28,222 nt of DNA from Burkholderiales bacterium (lineage in GTDB: Bacteria > Pseudomonadota > Gammaproteobacteria > Burkholderiales > SG8-39), in the NCBI GenBank assembly GCA_036007105.1, contig DASYPC010000409.1, forward strand, positions 1 to 28,222. The letters run 5' to 3'. Positions 8,056-22,909 of the stretch are shown one piece after another (within the stretch, counting starts at the first letter, position 1; each line of letters opens with the position of its first letter). The notes beneath the pieces were generated by a model that was given only the letters and a program-made list of their open reading frames with translations, was not told where the DNA came from and ran no database searches. The position numbers and the translations under genes were made by a program.

Positions 8056-9510
8056 ATGCGCCCCGCGAACCTGCTCGTCATCATGTCCGACGAGCACAAC
8101 CCGAAGATCGCAGGCTATGCGGGCCATCCGATCGTGCACACCCCGCATCTCGACGCGCTCGCATCGCGAGGCACCGCGTTTCGCAACGCCTGGACGACGA
8201 GTCCCGTGTGCATCCCGGCGCGTGCCGGGTTCGCCTGCGGCAAGTACATCCATCAGATCGGATTCTGGGACAATGCCGATGCCTATGACGGAAGCGTCGC
8301 GTCGTGGCACCACGTGTTGCGCGAACGCGGCCACCGGGTGGTTTCGATCGGCAAGCTGCATTTCCGCGTCGCCGGCGAGGACCACGGCTTCAGCGAAGAG
8401 CAGATTCCGATGCATATTCTCGACGCCAAGGGCGATCTGCTGGGTCTCGTGCGGTCGGATCCGCCGCGGCGCGGCGGGGCGAAGAAGATGGCGGCGATGG
8501 CGGGGCCGGGAGAGACCCCGTACACGCACTATGACCGCGACATCTGCTCGCGCGCCCAGGTCTGGCTGCGCGAGCAGGGATCGCGCGCGCAGGACAAGCC
8601 GTGGGTGCTGTTCGTCTCGTTCGTCGCGCCGCACTTCCCGCTGACCGCGCCGCCGGAGCACTTCTATCGCTACTGGAACATGCAGTTGCCGCTGCCGAAG
8701 CTCTACGCGCGCGAGTCGCGTCCGCGGCATCCGTATCTCGACGACTATCGCGAAACCTTCTGCTACGACGACTATTTCGAAACCGAGACCGACGTTCGGC
8801 GCGCACTCTGCGGCTACTACGGTCTCGTCTCCTACCTCGACGAGTTGGTCGGGAAGATTTCCGGCGTGCTCGAGGAAACCGGGCTCGCTGCGAACACGCG
8901 GGTCCTCTACACGAGCGATCACGGCGACAATCTCGGCGCGCGCGGGATGTGGGGCAAGTCGACGATGTACGAAGAGGTCGTCGGCGTACCGCTGATCCTC
9001 GCCGGGCCCGATGTACCCGCCGGAAAGACCGTCGCAACGCCGGTGAGCCATGTCGATTGCTACCCGACCTTTGTCGAAGCTGCGGGTGTCGAGTTCGCCC
9101 AAGTGCGCGACGATCACCCGGGCGTCTCGCTGTTCGACATCGCCGGCGGCGTCGCGCCACAGCGTTCGTTGTTCTCCGAGTATCACGGCATGGGTTCCAC
9201 GACCGGCGCTTTTGCGCTGCGTTCGGGACGCTACAAGTACGTGCACTACGTGAAATACGCGCCGCAGCTGTTCGACCTGGAATCCGATCCGGAAGAACTT
9301 GAGGATCTCGCGGCGCGCCCGGAATTTGCCCGCATGGTCGAGGAGTGCCGGCAGAAGCTGCAGGCGATCTGCGATCCCGAGGAGATCGATCAGCGTGCCA
9401 AGCAACGGCAGGCCGAGCTGCTCGCGGCGAACGGCGGGCGGGATGCAGTGATCCGGCGCGGAGACCTGGGATTCACGCCGGCGCCCGGCCATCCGGCAGA
9501 TTTTCAGTAG
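8056..9510 (+). CDS. Formylglycine-type sulfatase (choline-sulfatase-like subfamily)
   Basis: NLLVIMSDEH, SPVCIPAR (CxPxR), GKLH, PHFP, YTSDHG and GKSTMYE. Confidence 0.9.
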   Translation: MRPANLLVIMSDEHNPKIAGYAGHPIVHTPHLDALASRGTAFRNAWTTSPVCIPARAGFACGKYIHQIGFWDNADAYDGSVASWHHVLRERGHRVVSIGKLHFRVAGEDHGFSEEQIPMHILDAKGDLLGLVRSDPPRRGGAKKMAAMAGPGETPYTHYDRDICSRAQVWLREQGSRAQDKPWVLFVSFVAPHFPLTAPPEHFYRYWNMQLPLPKLYARESRPRHPYLDDYRETFCYDDYFETETDVRRALCGYYGLVSYLDELVGKISGVLEETGLAANTRVLYTSDHGDNLGARGMWGKSTMYEEVVGVPLILAGPDVPAGKTVATPVSHVDCYPTFVEAAGVEFAQVRDDHPGVSLFDIAGGVAPQRSLFSEYHGMGSTTGAFALRSGRYKYVHYVKYAPQLFDLESDPEELEDLAARPEFARMVEECRQKLQAICDPEEIDQRAKQRQAELLAANGGRDAVIRRGDLGFTPAPGHPADFQ

Positions 9511-9519
9511 AGGGGGGCG

Positions 9520-10453
9520 ATGGGAAAAATACTTTTTGCAGTCCTTGTCGCGATCGCGCTCAACGCAGACGCGCAAGGCTGGCCGAGCAAGCCGGTGCGC
9601 TTCATCGTCCCGTTCCCGCCCGGCGGTGCAACCGATGTGGCGGCGCGAGCGGTCGCCGACAAGCTCAGCAAGGCATTGAATCAACAGGTCGTGATCGACA
9701 ATCGTGCCGGGGCGTCCGGCGCGATCGGCTCGGCCGAGGTGGCGCGCGCGGATCCCGACGGGCACACCATCCTGTTTGCTGCGGATCCGGTCGTTACGCT
9801 GCACCTCGCGATGAAGAACGTGCAGTTCGACGTGCAGCGGGACTTTGTCGCCATCACTCAAGTTACGACTCAGCCACTTGCGGTCGCCGTGCACACGTCC
9901 GTCCCTGCGAACACGATCCAGGAGTTCATCGCGTTGGCGCGCGCGAACCCGGGCAAGTATTCGTTCGCACATTCGGGCATCGGCTCGGGCCAGCATCTGT
10001 CGGGCGAGCTGCTGAAGAAGATGGCCGGGATCGAGATGCAGCACGTGCCCTACAAGGGCGGAGCGCCCGCGGTGCAGGATCTCGTCGCGGGGCAGGTACC
10101 TGTCGCCGTGCTCGGTTCCACGCCCGTCACGCCACACCACAAGTCCGGCCGGATCAAGATTCTTGCGTTCACCAGCAAGGAGCGTCTCGCGACGATGCCG
10201 GAGATTCCAACGCTGCACGAGTCGGGGTTCCCCGGGTTCGACACGGGCCAGTGGCTCGGTCTTCTCGCCCCGCGGGGCACGAGTGCCGAAGTCGTGAACC
10301 GGCTCTACACGGAAACGAAAAAGGCGCTTGCGCGCGAAGATGTGAAACAGCGTCTGGCGCAGGCGTCGCTGCTGCCGGTCGGCAGCACGCCGAAGGAATT
10401 CGAGGCGCTGATCCGCGCCGATCTCGAGCGCTGGACCGCGCTCGCGAAGAGCA

Positions 10454-10473
<20 letters not shown>
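9520..10473 (+). CDS. Bug/TctC family tripartite tricarboxylate transporter substrate-binding protein
   Basis: Signal peptide, [37 protein letters not shown] and PTLHESG. Confidence 0.92.
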
Positions 10474-16042
<5,569 letters not shown>

Positions 16043-16043
16043 G

Positions 16044-16072
16044 TTGTCATTGTAAGGGCGCGGGGGTAGGAT
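16044..16072 (+). promoter_or_regulatory. Sigma70-type promoter for the cyclase-kinase operon
   Basis: TTGTCA (16044-16049, 5/6 match) - exactly 17 nt - TAGGAT (16067-16072). Confidence 0.65.
16049..16054 (-). promoter_or_regulatory. Putative -10 (TACAAT) 6 nt before the uvrA GTG; leaderless-type
   Basis: TACAAT-gacaac-GTG on the minus strand, with no SD. Confidence 0.6.
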
Positions 16073-16149
16073 CCTGACTGGGGAGGCCTCCCGGCAGAGT
16101 CGCTGGCGCCGGGTGCAGGGGTGTGCCAAGCCTTGGAGGCGGGCACGCG

Positions 16150-17433
16150 ATGATCGAACGGCAGCATTGCACCATCATCTGCGGCGTGTTGTTCCTCGAC
16201 ATGGTCGAGTACTCGCGCAAGCCGGTCGCCCAGCAGGTGACGCTCAGGGAGCGCTTCAACCACCTCCTGCGCGAGGCCCTGAAAACCATTGCGCCGAACG
16301 ACCGGGTCATCCTCGACACCGGCGATGGCGCCGCAGTTACGTTTCTCGGAGACCCGGAGTGCGCCCTGTTGCTGGCGCTCAGGCTGCGCGAATCGATGGC
16401 GGCAGAATCGCGCGCGCCGGAGCAGGCGCTTAGCCTGCGTTGCGGGATCAATCTCGGCCCGGTCAAGCTGGTCAAGGATATCAACGCCCAGCCCAATATC
16501 ATCGGCGACGGAATCAACGTCGCTCAGCGCATCATGGGTTTCTCGCAGCCGGGCCAGATACTCGTGTCGCGGTCCTATTTCGAGGTCGTGTCGCGGCTGT
16601 CGGACGACTATTCGAATCTGTTCCGCTATGCAGGATCGCGCACCGACAAGCATGTACGCGAGCACGAGGTGTACGCGCTCAGCGGCGAGGGTCCGATCCC
16701 GACGCGCCCGACCGGCGGATCGCGCGCCGGGTATGTTGGCTCGCTGGGAAAGGTCGGGGCGCTTCTCGCTACGCCTCGCCGGTTGGCGGAGCGCGTCGCG
16801 CAAGGCCTGCATGCGAGATCCCTTCTCAGCACACTATCGGCTGTAGCGGCGATCCTCGCGGTCGGCATGATCGTGCGCAGCAACCGCGAAGTCCCGGCCG
16901 ACCCGGTCGCCGATCTGAGCGCGCCGCAAATGCAAGGCAGCGGCTTCATGCTGTCCGGCTATCCGCCACCCGCCGCCGGATCGCCGGAGAAACCGGTGAG
17001 CATGCCGGCGATGACACCATTGTCAGACCCCGTTCCGCTGCCCGTGGTGCCAACGAAGGCGATTGTCGAGCCGGTACCACTGCTGGTGCCTGAAGTTGCT
17101 GTGAAGAAATCCTTGAGCGCGAGGAGAACTGCGTCAAAGAGTGTCGCGGCGGTGGACGTGGCGCCGACTGAAGATCCGGTCGCCTCGCTGCAACCTGTGC
17201 AGGAGGAGCCGCTGATCAACGTCTCGGTCGTTGCGCTGCCGTGGGGCGAGGTCTACGTCAACGGAACGAGCTTTGGGGTGAGCCCGCCGCTGCTCAACGT
17301 TCAGCTGCGGCCAGGCCAGTACGAGATTGAATTCCGCAACACGACCTTTCCCAGCCATTTCGAGACGATCCACGTCAGCACGGACGATCGGCTCACGGTC
17401 AGGCACAGGTTTCAGACTGGAGAGCAGCGTTGA
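16150..17433 (+). CDS. Class III adenylate/guanylate-cyclase-like domain + single TM + Pro-rich linker + PEGA-like periplasmic domain
   Basis: VLFLD(17), TGD(59)G, RCGINLG and GDGIN(123)VAQR(127). TM at [15 protein letters not shown]-terminal [26 protein letters not shown] is PEGA-like. GGAGG lies upstream. Confidence 0.85.
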   Translation: MIERQHCTIICGVLFLDMVEYSRKPVAQQVTLRERFNHLLREALKTIAPNDRVILDTGDGAAVTFLGDPECALLLALRLRESMAAESRAPEQALSLRCGINLGPVKLVKDINAQPNIIGDGINVAQRIMGFSQPGQILVSRSYFEVVSRLSDDYSNLFRYAGSRTDKHVREHEVYALSGEGPIPTRPTGGSRAGYVGSLGKVGALLATPRRLAERVAQGLHARSLLSTLSAVAAILAVGMIVRSNREVPADPVADLSAPQMQGSGFMLSGYPPPAAGSPEKPVSMPAMTPLSDPVPLPVVPTKAIVEPVPLLVPEVAVKKSLSARRTASKSVAAVDVAPTEDPVASLQPVQEEPLINVSVVALPWGEVYVNGTSFGVSPPLLNVQLRPGQYEIEFRNTTFPSHFETIHVSTDDRLTVRHRFQTGEQR

Positions 17434-17789
17434 ATCCGTGCATCCGCATGAGCACAGGCTGCGCCGTGCTGGCGCTGGCGGCCTGTGCGGCCATCGTGCG
17501 TCCCGGGAGCGCCGAGCTGGCGGCAGGTGTGCGCCTGTACGAGACCGGGAGGCTCGATGACGCAGCGCGCTTTCTGCAGCGGAGCATCGACCTGGGATTG
17601 GACGAGCCGGATCAGGTCACGGCGCACAAGTACCTTGCCTTCATTCACTGCGCGCAGGGATTCGAAGCCCGATGCGGGGACGAGTTCCGGCTGGTGCTCG
17701 CGATCAGGCCTTCGTTCGAGCTCGACAAGGCGGAAGCCGGGCATCCGACCTGGGGCCGCGTGTTCCGCACTGTGAAGGCGGGCCGCTGA
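17430..17789 (+). CDS. TssQ-like TPR lipoprotein
   Basis: TTG start overlaps the cyclase stop and has GGAG 7 nt upstream. Lipobox LAA-C19. AHKYLAFIHC and FEL.KAEAGHPTWG..F match the TssQ-family pattern as I recall it. Confidence 0.7.
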   Translation: MNPCIRMSTGCAVLALAACAAIVRPGSAELAAGVRLYETGRLDDAARFLQRSIDLGLDEPDQVTAHKYLAFIHCAQGFEARCGDEFRLVLAIRPSFELDKAEAGHPTWGRVFRTVKAGR

Positions 17790-17808
17790 TGAGGGCCGTT
17801 GCAGCGCC

Positions 17809-19062
17809 ATGACGATCGAGAAGCTCGGCCGCTACGAGATCATCGACGAGCTCGGCCACGGCGCGATGGGCATCGTCTATCGCGCCGCCGATCCGATGAT
17901 CAATCGCGTGGTGGCGATCAAGACCATCAATATGGCGCTCAAGGGGCACGAGGTCGCCGAATACGAGCAGCGGTTCTACCAGGAGGCGAGGGCGGCGGGC
18001 GGGCTCAATCACCCGAACATCGTCACCGTCTACGACATCGGCAAGAGCGGCAACGTCGCGTTCATGGCGATGGAATTCCTCTCCGGACGGGAGCTGCGCG
18101 CGCTGCTCGGGAGCGGCGAGCCGCTGCCCCTGTCGCAGGCGGTCGACATCGCCGCGCAGGTGGCCGACGGGCTCGCTTACGCGCACCAGAATCACGTCGT
18201 CCATCGCGACATCAAGCCGGCAAACATCATGATCGTCGACGGCGGCCTCGCGAAGATCACCGATTTCGGCATCGCGCGCATGCGTTCCTCCAAGACGGTC
18301 ACGCACACCGGGATGATTGTCGGGTCGCCGAGGTACATGTCGCCCGAGCAGGTTCTCGGCCGGCGCACCGGCCCGCAGTCCGACATCTTCTCGCTCGGCG
18401 TCGTGCTGTACGAGATGATCACCGGCCGCGCGCCGTTCTTCGGCAGCGACGTCAACGCGCTGATGTTCCAGATCCTCAATCTCGTGCCCCCGGTGCCGGG
18501 TGCGCTCAACCCTGCGGTGCCCGAGCTGTTGAATCTCGTGGTCGCGAAGGCGATCGCCAAGGCACCCGACGAGCGCTATGCGAGCGCAGCGCAGTTCGCC
18601 ACGGACCTGCGCGCCTGCAAGGGCGTGGTGGAGAAAGCAACGCCGCGCGCCGCCGTGCGCGCGGACATGTCCGTGTCGGCGCAACCGAAGATCGACCAGG
18701 AATCGAGCGCGTCGCTGCATATCGACACGCTTCCCGGCACACGCCGCGAGGACGCGGAGCATGTCGTAAACAACCCTTCGCCGACGCTCGGCGTTGCGGC
18801 GGCGTTCGATTCGCTCGAGGCGACGATGCGACTCGCGGCGCAGACCGGCATGACGCAGGAGATCGAAGAGTACGCACAGACTCAGAAAATGCTGCGCGGG
18901 CAGGACGCGGCACCGGACCCTTCAGCCGCGACGATCGTGCAAAACCCGCAAGGGCTGGACACCACGCCGGCGAGTGAGGACTGGAGCCGCCACGAGCAAC
19001 TGATCTTTGCCGCCGGGATCGGCGCAGCGCTGGTCCTCGCCTTGGGGATGGTTCTGCTGTAA
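17809..19062 (+). CDS. Hanks-type Ser/Thr protein kinase with C-terminal membrane anchor
   Basis: LGHGAMGIVY, VAIK, HRDIKPAN, DFG and GSPRYMSPE. The last ~20 aa are hydrophobic, so there is no extracytoplasmic domain. Confidence 0.93.
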   Translation: MTIEKLGRYEIIDELGHGAMGIVYRAADPMINRVVAIKTINMALKGHEVAEYEQRFYQEARAAGGLNHPNIVTVYDIGKSGNVAFMAMEFLSGRELRALLGSGEPLPLSQAVDIAAQVADGLAYAHQNHVVHRDIKPANIMIVDGGLAKITDFGIARMRSSKTVTHTGMIVGSPRYMSPEQVLGRRTGPQSDIFSLGVVLYEMITGRAPFFGSDVNALMFQILNLVPPVPGALNPAVPELLNLVVAKAIAKAPDERYASAAQFATDLRACKGVVEKATPRAAVRADMSVSAQPKIDQESSASLHIDTLPGTRREDAEHVVNNPSPTLGVAAAFDSLEATMRLAAQTGMTQEIEEYAQTQKMLRGQDAAPDPSAATIVQNPQGLDTTPASEDWSRHEQLIFAAGIGAALVLALGMVLL

Positions 19063-19073
19063 AAAGGCGGCAA

Positions 19074-20429
19074 ATGGCAGCGCGCAAGCCGATCCTGATG
19101 GCGCGGCTGTTCCTTTTGCTCGCGGGGTTGTCGCTCACTCAAGCATTCGCCGCGCCTGCGCCGGTGCTGCTCGTTCCGCTGCAGGGTGCGATCGGCCCGG
19201 CAACGGCGGACTTCGTGCACCGCGCGCTCGAGCGGGCGGCCCGCGAAAAGGCGCAGCTCGTCGTGCTGCGCACCGACACGCCGGGAGGACTGGACACGTC
19301 GATGCGCGAGATCATCAAGGACATTCTGGCGTCGCCGGTGCCGGTCGCGACCTATGTGGCGCCGGGGGGTGCGCGCGCTGCCAGCGCCGGCACGTTCATC
19401 CTTTATGCGAGCCATTTCGCCGCGATGGCGCCCGGGACGAATCTCGGCGCCGCTTCACCGGTTTCGATCGGCGGCGCGCCGGGCAAGGACGACAAGAAGG
19501 CGAAGAGCGACAAGGACGAGGGCGCGGACTCCGGCGACACGATGACGCGCAAGGTCACGCATGATGCCGCGGCCTATATCCGCAGCCTCGCGCAACTGCG
19601 CGGCCGCAACGCCGACTGGGGGGAACGGGCAGTGCGCGAAGCAGTGAGCCTTTCCGCGACCGATGCGCTCGACCTGAAAGTGATCGACGTTCTCGCCGAG
19701 GATACGAACGCGCTGCTGAAGAAGCTCAACGGGCGCGCCATCGACGCGGGCGGGACCCAGCGCAAGCTGCAGACCGCGGACGCGGCCATCGTCGCGGTGG
19801 AGCTCGACTGGCGCACGCGGGTGCTGAGCGTGATCACCAATCCGAGCGTCGCGTATCTGATGATCCTGGTCGGGATCTACGCGCTCGTCTTCGAGTTCAT
19901 GAATCCCGGGGTGGTGCTGCCCGGCGTGGTGGGCACGATCTGCGTGCTGCTTGCGCTCTATGCATTCCACCTGCTGCCGGTGAACTACGCGGGCCTTGCG
20001 CTGATCGTGCTTGGAATCGCCTTCATGGTGGGCGAAGCGTTCCTGCCTGCGTACGGCTCGCTCGGTGTCGGCGGGCTCATCGCGTTCGTGCTCGGCTCGG
20101 TGATCCTCATCGACAGCGACCTGCCCGGATTCGAGATCCCGTACGGCCTGATCGGCGGTGTCGCCGCAGCGAGCGGCCTGTTCCTGGTGTTCGTGATCGG
20201 CATGATCGTGCGGGGACGGCGCAGGCCGGTGGTGAGCGGCCGCGAGCAGATGGTCGGGGCGATCGGCGAAGCGCTCGAGGATTTCGAGGCCGAAGGATGG
20301 ATGCGCGTGCATGGTGAAATGTGGCGCGCCCGCACGCATGCCCCGGTGCGCCGCGGGCAGCGGTTGCGGGTGAGGGCGATCGACGGCCTGATCCTGGACA
20401 CCGACCCTGAAACAGGCAACGGAGGATGA
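19074..20429 (+). CDS. nfeD: NfeD long form (ClpP-class protease domain + membrane domain + OB fold)
   Basis: [12 protein letters not shown] (catalytic Ser), [16 protein letters not shown] (Lys), membrane segment with FEFMNPG, and C-terminal GEMWRA. Confidence 0.9.
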   Translation: MAARKPILMARLFLLLAGLSLTQAFAAPAPVLLVPLQGAIGPATADFVHRALERAAREKAQLVVLRTDTPGGLDTSMREIIKDILASPVPVATYVAPGGARAASAGTFILYASHFAAMAPGTNLGAASPVSIGGAPGKDDKKAKSDKDEGADSGDTMTRKVTHDAAAYIRSLAQLRGRNADWGERAVREAVSLSATDALDLKVIDVLAEDTNALLKKLNGRAIDAGGTQRKLQTADAAIVAVELDWRTRVLSVITNPSVAYLMILVGIYALVFEFMNPGVVLPGVVGTICVLLALYAFHLLPVNYAGLALIVLGIAFMVGEAFLPAYGSLGVGGLIAFVLGSVILIDSDLPGFEIPYGLIGGVAAASGLFLVFVIGMIVRGRRRPVVSGREQMVGAIGEALEDFEAEGWMRVHGEMWRARTHAPVRRGQRLRVRAIDGLILDTDPETGNGG

Positions 20430-20431
20430 AG

Positions 20432-21199
20432 ATGTTCCTCGATCTCGGATTCGGCGTCGGCGTGGTAGTGATCGTCCTGCTGCTCATCGTCGCTTCACTC
20501 AAGATTCTGCGCGAATACCAGCGTGCGGTCGTCTTCCTGCTCGGGCGCTTCCAGGCCGTCAAGGGACCCGGGCTCATCGTCGTCGTGCCGGGAATCCAGC
20601 AGATGGTGCGCGTCGACCTGCGCACGGTCGTGCTCGACGTGCCGACGCAGGACGTCATCACGCGCGACAATGTCTCGGTCAAGGTCAATGCGGTGGTGTA
20701 CTTCCGGGTCGTCGATCCGCAGCGGGCGATCATCCAGGTCGCGAATTTCCTCGAGGCGACGAGCCAGCTTGCGCAGACTACGCTGCGCTCGGTGCTCGGC
20801 AAGCACGAGCTGGACGAGCTGCTCTCGGAGCGCGAGCAGCTCAATCTCGATATCCAGACGGTGCTCGATACGCAGACCGACGCCTGGGGAATCAAGGTCT
20901 CGATCGTGGAGATCAAGCACGTCGACCTGAACGACTCGATGGTGCGGGCGATCGCGCAGCAGGCCGAGGCCGAACGCGCGCGGCGCGCAAAAGTGATCCA
21001 TGCCCAAGGCGAGCAGGAAGCCGCCGAGAAGCTGCTGCAGGCGGCGGAAACGCTCTCGAGTCGCGCCGAGGCGATGCAGCTGCGATACCTGCAGACGCTG
21101 ACGCAGATCGCGGGTGACAAGAGCTCTACGATCGTCTTCCCGGTGCCGATGGACGTGATCGGCCCGATCCTCGAGGCGGCGAAGAAGCTCAAGGGCTGA
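20432..21199 (+). CDS. SPFH/band-7 (stomatin-like, slipin) protein
   Basis: [43 protein letters not shown] and [11 protein letters not shown] 20432 is 6 nt after GGAGG; ATG 20426 abuts the SD directly. Confidence 0.92.
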   Translation: MFLDLGFGVGVVVIVLLLIVASLKILREYQRAVVFLLGRFQAVKGPGLIVVVPGIQQMVRVDLRTVVLDVPTQDVITRDNVSVKVNAVVYFRVVDPQRAIIQVANFLEATSQLAQTTLRSVLGKHELDELLSEREQLNLDIQTVLDTQTDAWGIKVSIVEIKHVDLNDSMVRAIAQQAEAERARRAKVIHAQGEQEAAEKLLQAAETLSSRAEAMQLRYLQTLTQIAGDKSSTIVFPVPMDVIGPILEAAKKLKG

Positions 21200-21223
21200 C
21201 CGGCGCGCCTTGTGCTGCTGGAC

Positions 21224-21229
21224 TAGACT
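21224..21229 (+). promoter_or_regulatory. Putative -10 (TAGACT) 6 nt before the PP2C ATG; leaderless-type internal promoter
   Basis: TAGACT-tcggcc-ATG, with no SD in the 36-bp gap. Confidence 0.5.
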
Positions 21230-21235
21230 TCGGCC

Positions 21236-21907
21236 ATGGACATCGCCGCAGCACAGATCCAGGGCGCGCGACGCCGCCAGGAAGACACGTTTGCGGTCGA
21301 GACGCTCGAAAACGGCGCGCGATTGTTCCTCGTGGCCGACGGGCTCGGCGGCTTGCCGGCCGGCGACGTCGCAAGCCGCGAAGCGTCCGCCGAGTTCGTA
21401 CGGGTTTTTCGCGACCAGGCGCGCGCGCAGGAAGGCTTGCCGCACGATTGGATGCGGCACGCCCTGAACGAGGCGGATGGCCATCTGCACCGCCGCCAGA
21501 GCACGGCGCCCGACCTCGCCGGAATGTCGACTACGCTCGTCGTCCTGTATACGCGCGATGGCGAGGCTTGCGCGCTGAGCGTGGGCGACAGCTATCTGAT
21601 GCTGCTGCGGGGTGGCACGCTCTACGTCCTCAACGAGCTGCATCGCGGCGAGGGCTCGGCGCTGACCAGCTGTGTGGGTGCCCAGCTCCGCCAGATCTGG
21701 GTGCTCGATGCGCTGAAGATCCAGTCCGGCGACCGGTTCCTGCTCGCGACCGACGGCATCACTACGCTGCCGGGAGTCGCCATCCAGGAGCAACTCGCCG
21801 CGGCTGAAAACTCGCAGGCAGCGGTCGATGCGTTGCTCGGAGCCATCGAGAGCGCGCTCGCGCCGCACCAGGACAACGCCACGGTCGTGGCGGTGTTCGT
21901 TCCCTGA
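21236..21907 (+). CDS. PP2C/PPM-family Ser/Thr phosphatase
   Basis: RRRQED, FLVADGLGG, STTLV, VGDS, LATDG and DNATVV. Confidence 0.9.
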   Translation: MDIAAAQIQGARRRQEDTFAVETLENGARLFLVADGLGGLPAGDVASREASAEFVRVFRDQARAQEGLPHDWMRHALNEADGHLHRRQSTAPDLAGMSTTLVVLYTRDGEACALSVGDSYLMLLRGGTLYVLNELHRGEGSALTSCVGAQLRQIWVLDALKIQSGDRFLLATDGITTLPGVAIQEQLAAAENSQAAVDALLGAIESALAPHQDNATVVAVFVP

Positions 21908-21923
21908 CGCCACGCGGCGAGCA

Positions 21924-22808
21924 TCATTCCAGCTCGTCGATCGAGCGCGGAAAGGTCTTCTTCAGCAGCCGGGAAAGCGCGCGGTCGGCGAGGATCCTGC
22001 CGCCGGTCTGGCAGCGCGCGCAGTAGTTCGTTTCGTTCTCGGCGTAGACGATCCGCTGCACCGGTGCGCCGCATACCGGGCACGGCTTGCCGTGCCGGCC
22101 GTGAACTGCCATCCCCTCGCGGAATGCGGTGACCTTCGCAGGGAATCCGGGCCCGGCCTCGGCGCGCAGGCGCTCGGTCCATTCGACGAGCACGGCGCCG
22201 ACCGCTTCGTAGAGCCGGGCAATTTCAGGCTCTCCCAATTGCCCGGTCAGCGCCAGCGGCGAAAGGCGCGCACGGTGCAGGATCTCGTCCGAGTACGCAT
22301 TGCCGATTCCGGAGAACAGGTGCGGATCGGTCAGCGCACGCTTGAGCGTATGGTTCTCGGCCTGCAGGCGCCGGGCGAAATCGGCGTGGCTTGCACCGAG
22401 CACGTCCAGCCCGCCCGGGTCCATCGCGGCGAGCGTACTCTCGCCCTCCACTACGTGCAGCGATGCCCTTCGCTTGCTGCCCGCCTCGGTAACCAGCAGT
22501 TTTCCGGAATCGAACTCGAAGAGCGCTAGGCTGATTCGGCCCGGCGGCTTCGCGCCCTCTGCGAGCCAGCGCAGGCGCCCGGCAATCATCAGGTGCAGGA
22601 CGAGGAACCGCTCGCCTTCGAGCGCGATCACGATGCGCTTTCCCAGCCGCCGGAATCCGACGACGGTGCGGCCCTCGACCGAGGCGACGGGGGGCGTCGC
22701 GGTACGCAGCAGGAACGGGTTCAGAAGGACGACCCGGCGCAGGATCCGCCCCTGGATGTGCGTCTGCAGCCGCTCCAGGTAGACGGTCAGGTCGGGCAGC
22801 TCGGGCAT
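21924..22808 (-). CDS. Fpg/Nei family DNA glycosylase/AP lyase
   Basis: N-terminal MPELP (catalytic Pro2/Glu3), GKR, HLMIAG, H2TH region GIGNAYSDEIL and C-terminal CPVC...CARCQ zinc finger. Confidence 0.9.
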   Translation of the reverse strand: MPELPDLTVYLERLQTHIQGRILRRVVLLNPFLLRTATPPVASVEGRTVVGFRRLGKRIVIALEGERFLVLHLMIAGRLRWLAEGAKPPGRISLALFEFDSGKLLVTEAGSKRRASLHVVEGESTLAAMDPGGLDVLGASHADFARRLQAENHTLKRALTDPHLFSGIGNAYSDEILHRARLSPLALTGQLGEPEIARLYEAVGAVLVEWTERLRAEAGPGFPAKVTAFREGMAVHGRHGKPCPVCGAPVQRIVYAENETNYCARCQTGGRILADRALSRLLKKTFPRSIDELE

Positions 22809-22822
22809 TTACATAACTTTAC
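22808..22822. promoter_or_regulatory. CpxR/OmpR-family-type direct-repeat box (GTAAA-N5-GTAAA on the minus strand)
   Basis: TTTAC-ATAAC-TTTAC, an exact match to the E. coli CpxR consensus. It lies ~20 nt before a TACAGT -10 (22842-22847) and the spy/cpxP-like gene. Confidence 0.65.
22816..22821 (-). promoter_or_regulatory. Putative -10 (TAAAGT) 7 nt before the fpg ATG; leaderless-type
   Basis: TAAAGT-tatgtaa-ATG. It overlaps the direct-repeat box, so it is not independent evidence. Confidence 0.45.
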
Positions 22823-22909
22823 GCTGCCGAGAAACCCCGCTTACAGTTGGCACGCACACTCGCGGGCGTATGGGGAGGAGTCATCCCCTAATCCTGAGAG
22901 GAACGGATC

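Noticed and set aside
16043-16149. LexA/SOS box upstream of uvrA
   Set aside because: No CTGT-N8-ACAG match on either strand.
16900-17220. Lower-GC Pro-rich stretch in the cyclase as a foreign insertion
   Set aside because: The frame is intact with no terminal repeats; consistent with a fast-evolving periplasmic linker.
17430-21907. Type VI secretion locus
   Set aside because: No tssB/C, hcp, vgrG, clpV, tssJLM or FHA gene in the window; only accessory-type signalling genes.
22872-22888. GGGGA...TCCCC hairpin with a GGAGG in the spy 5' UTR as an RNA thermometer
   Set aside because: Only 5 bp, and it does not sequester the SD next to the ATG at 22910.
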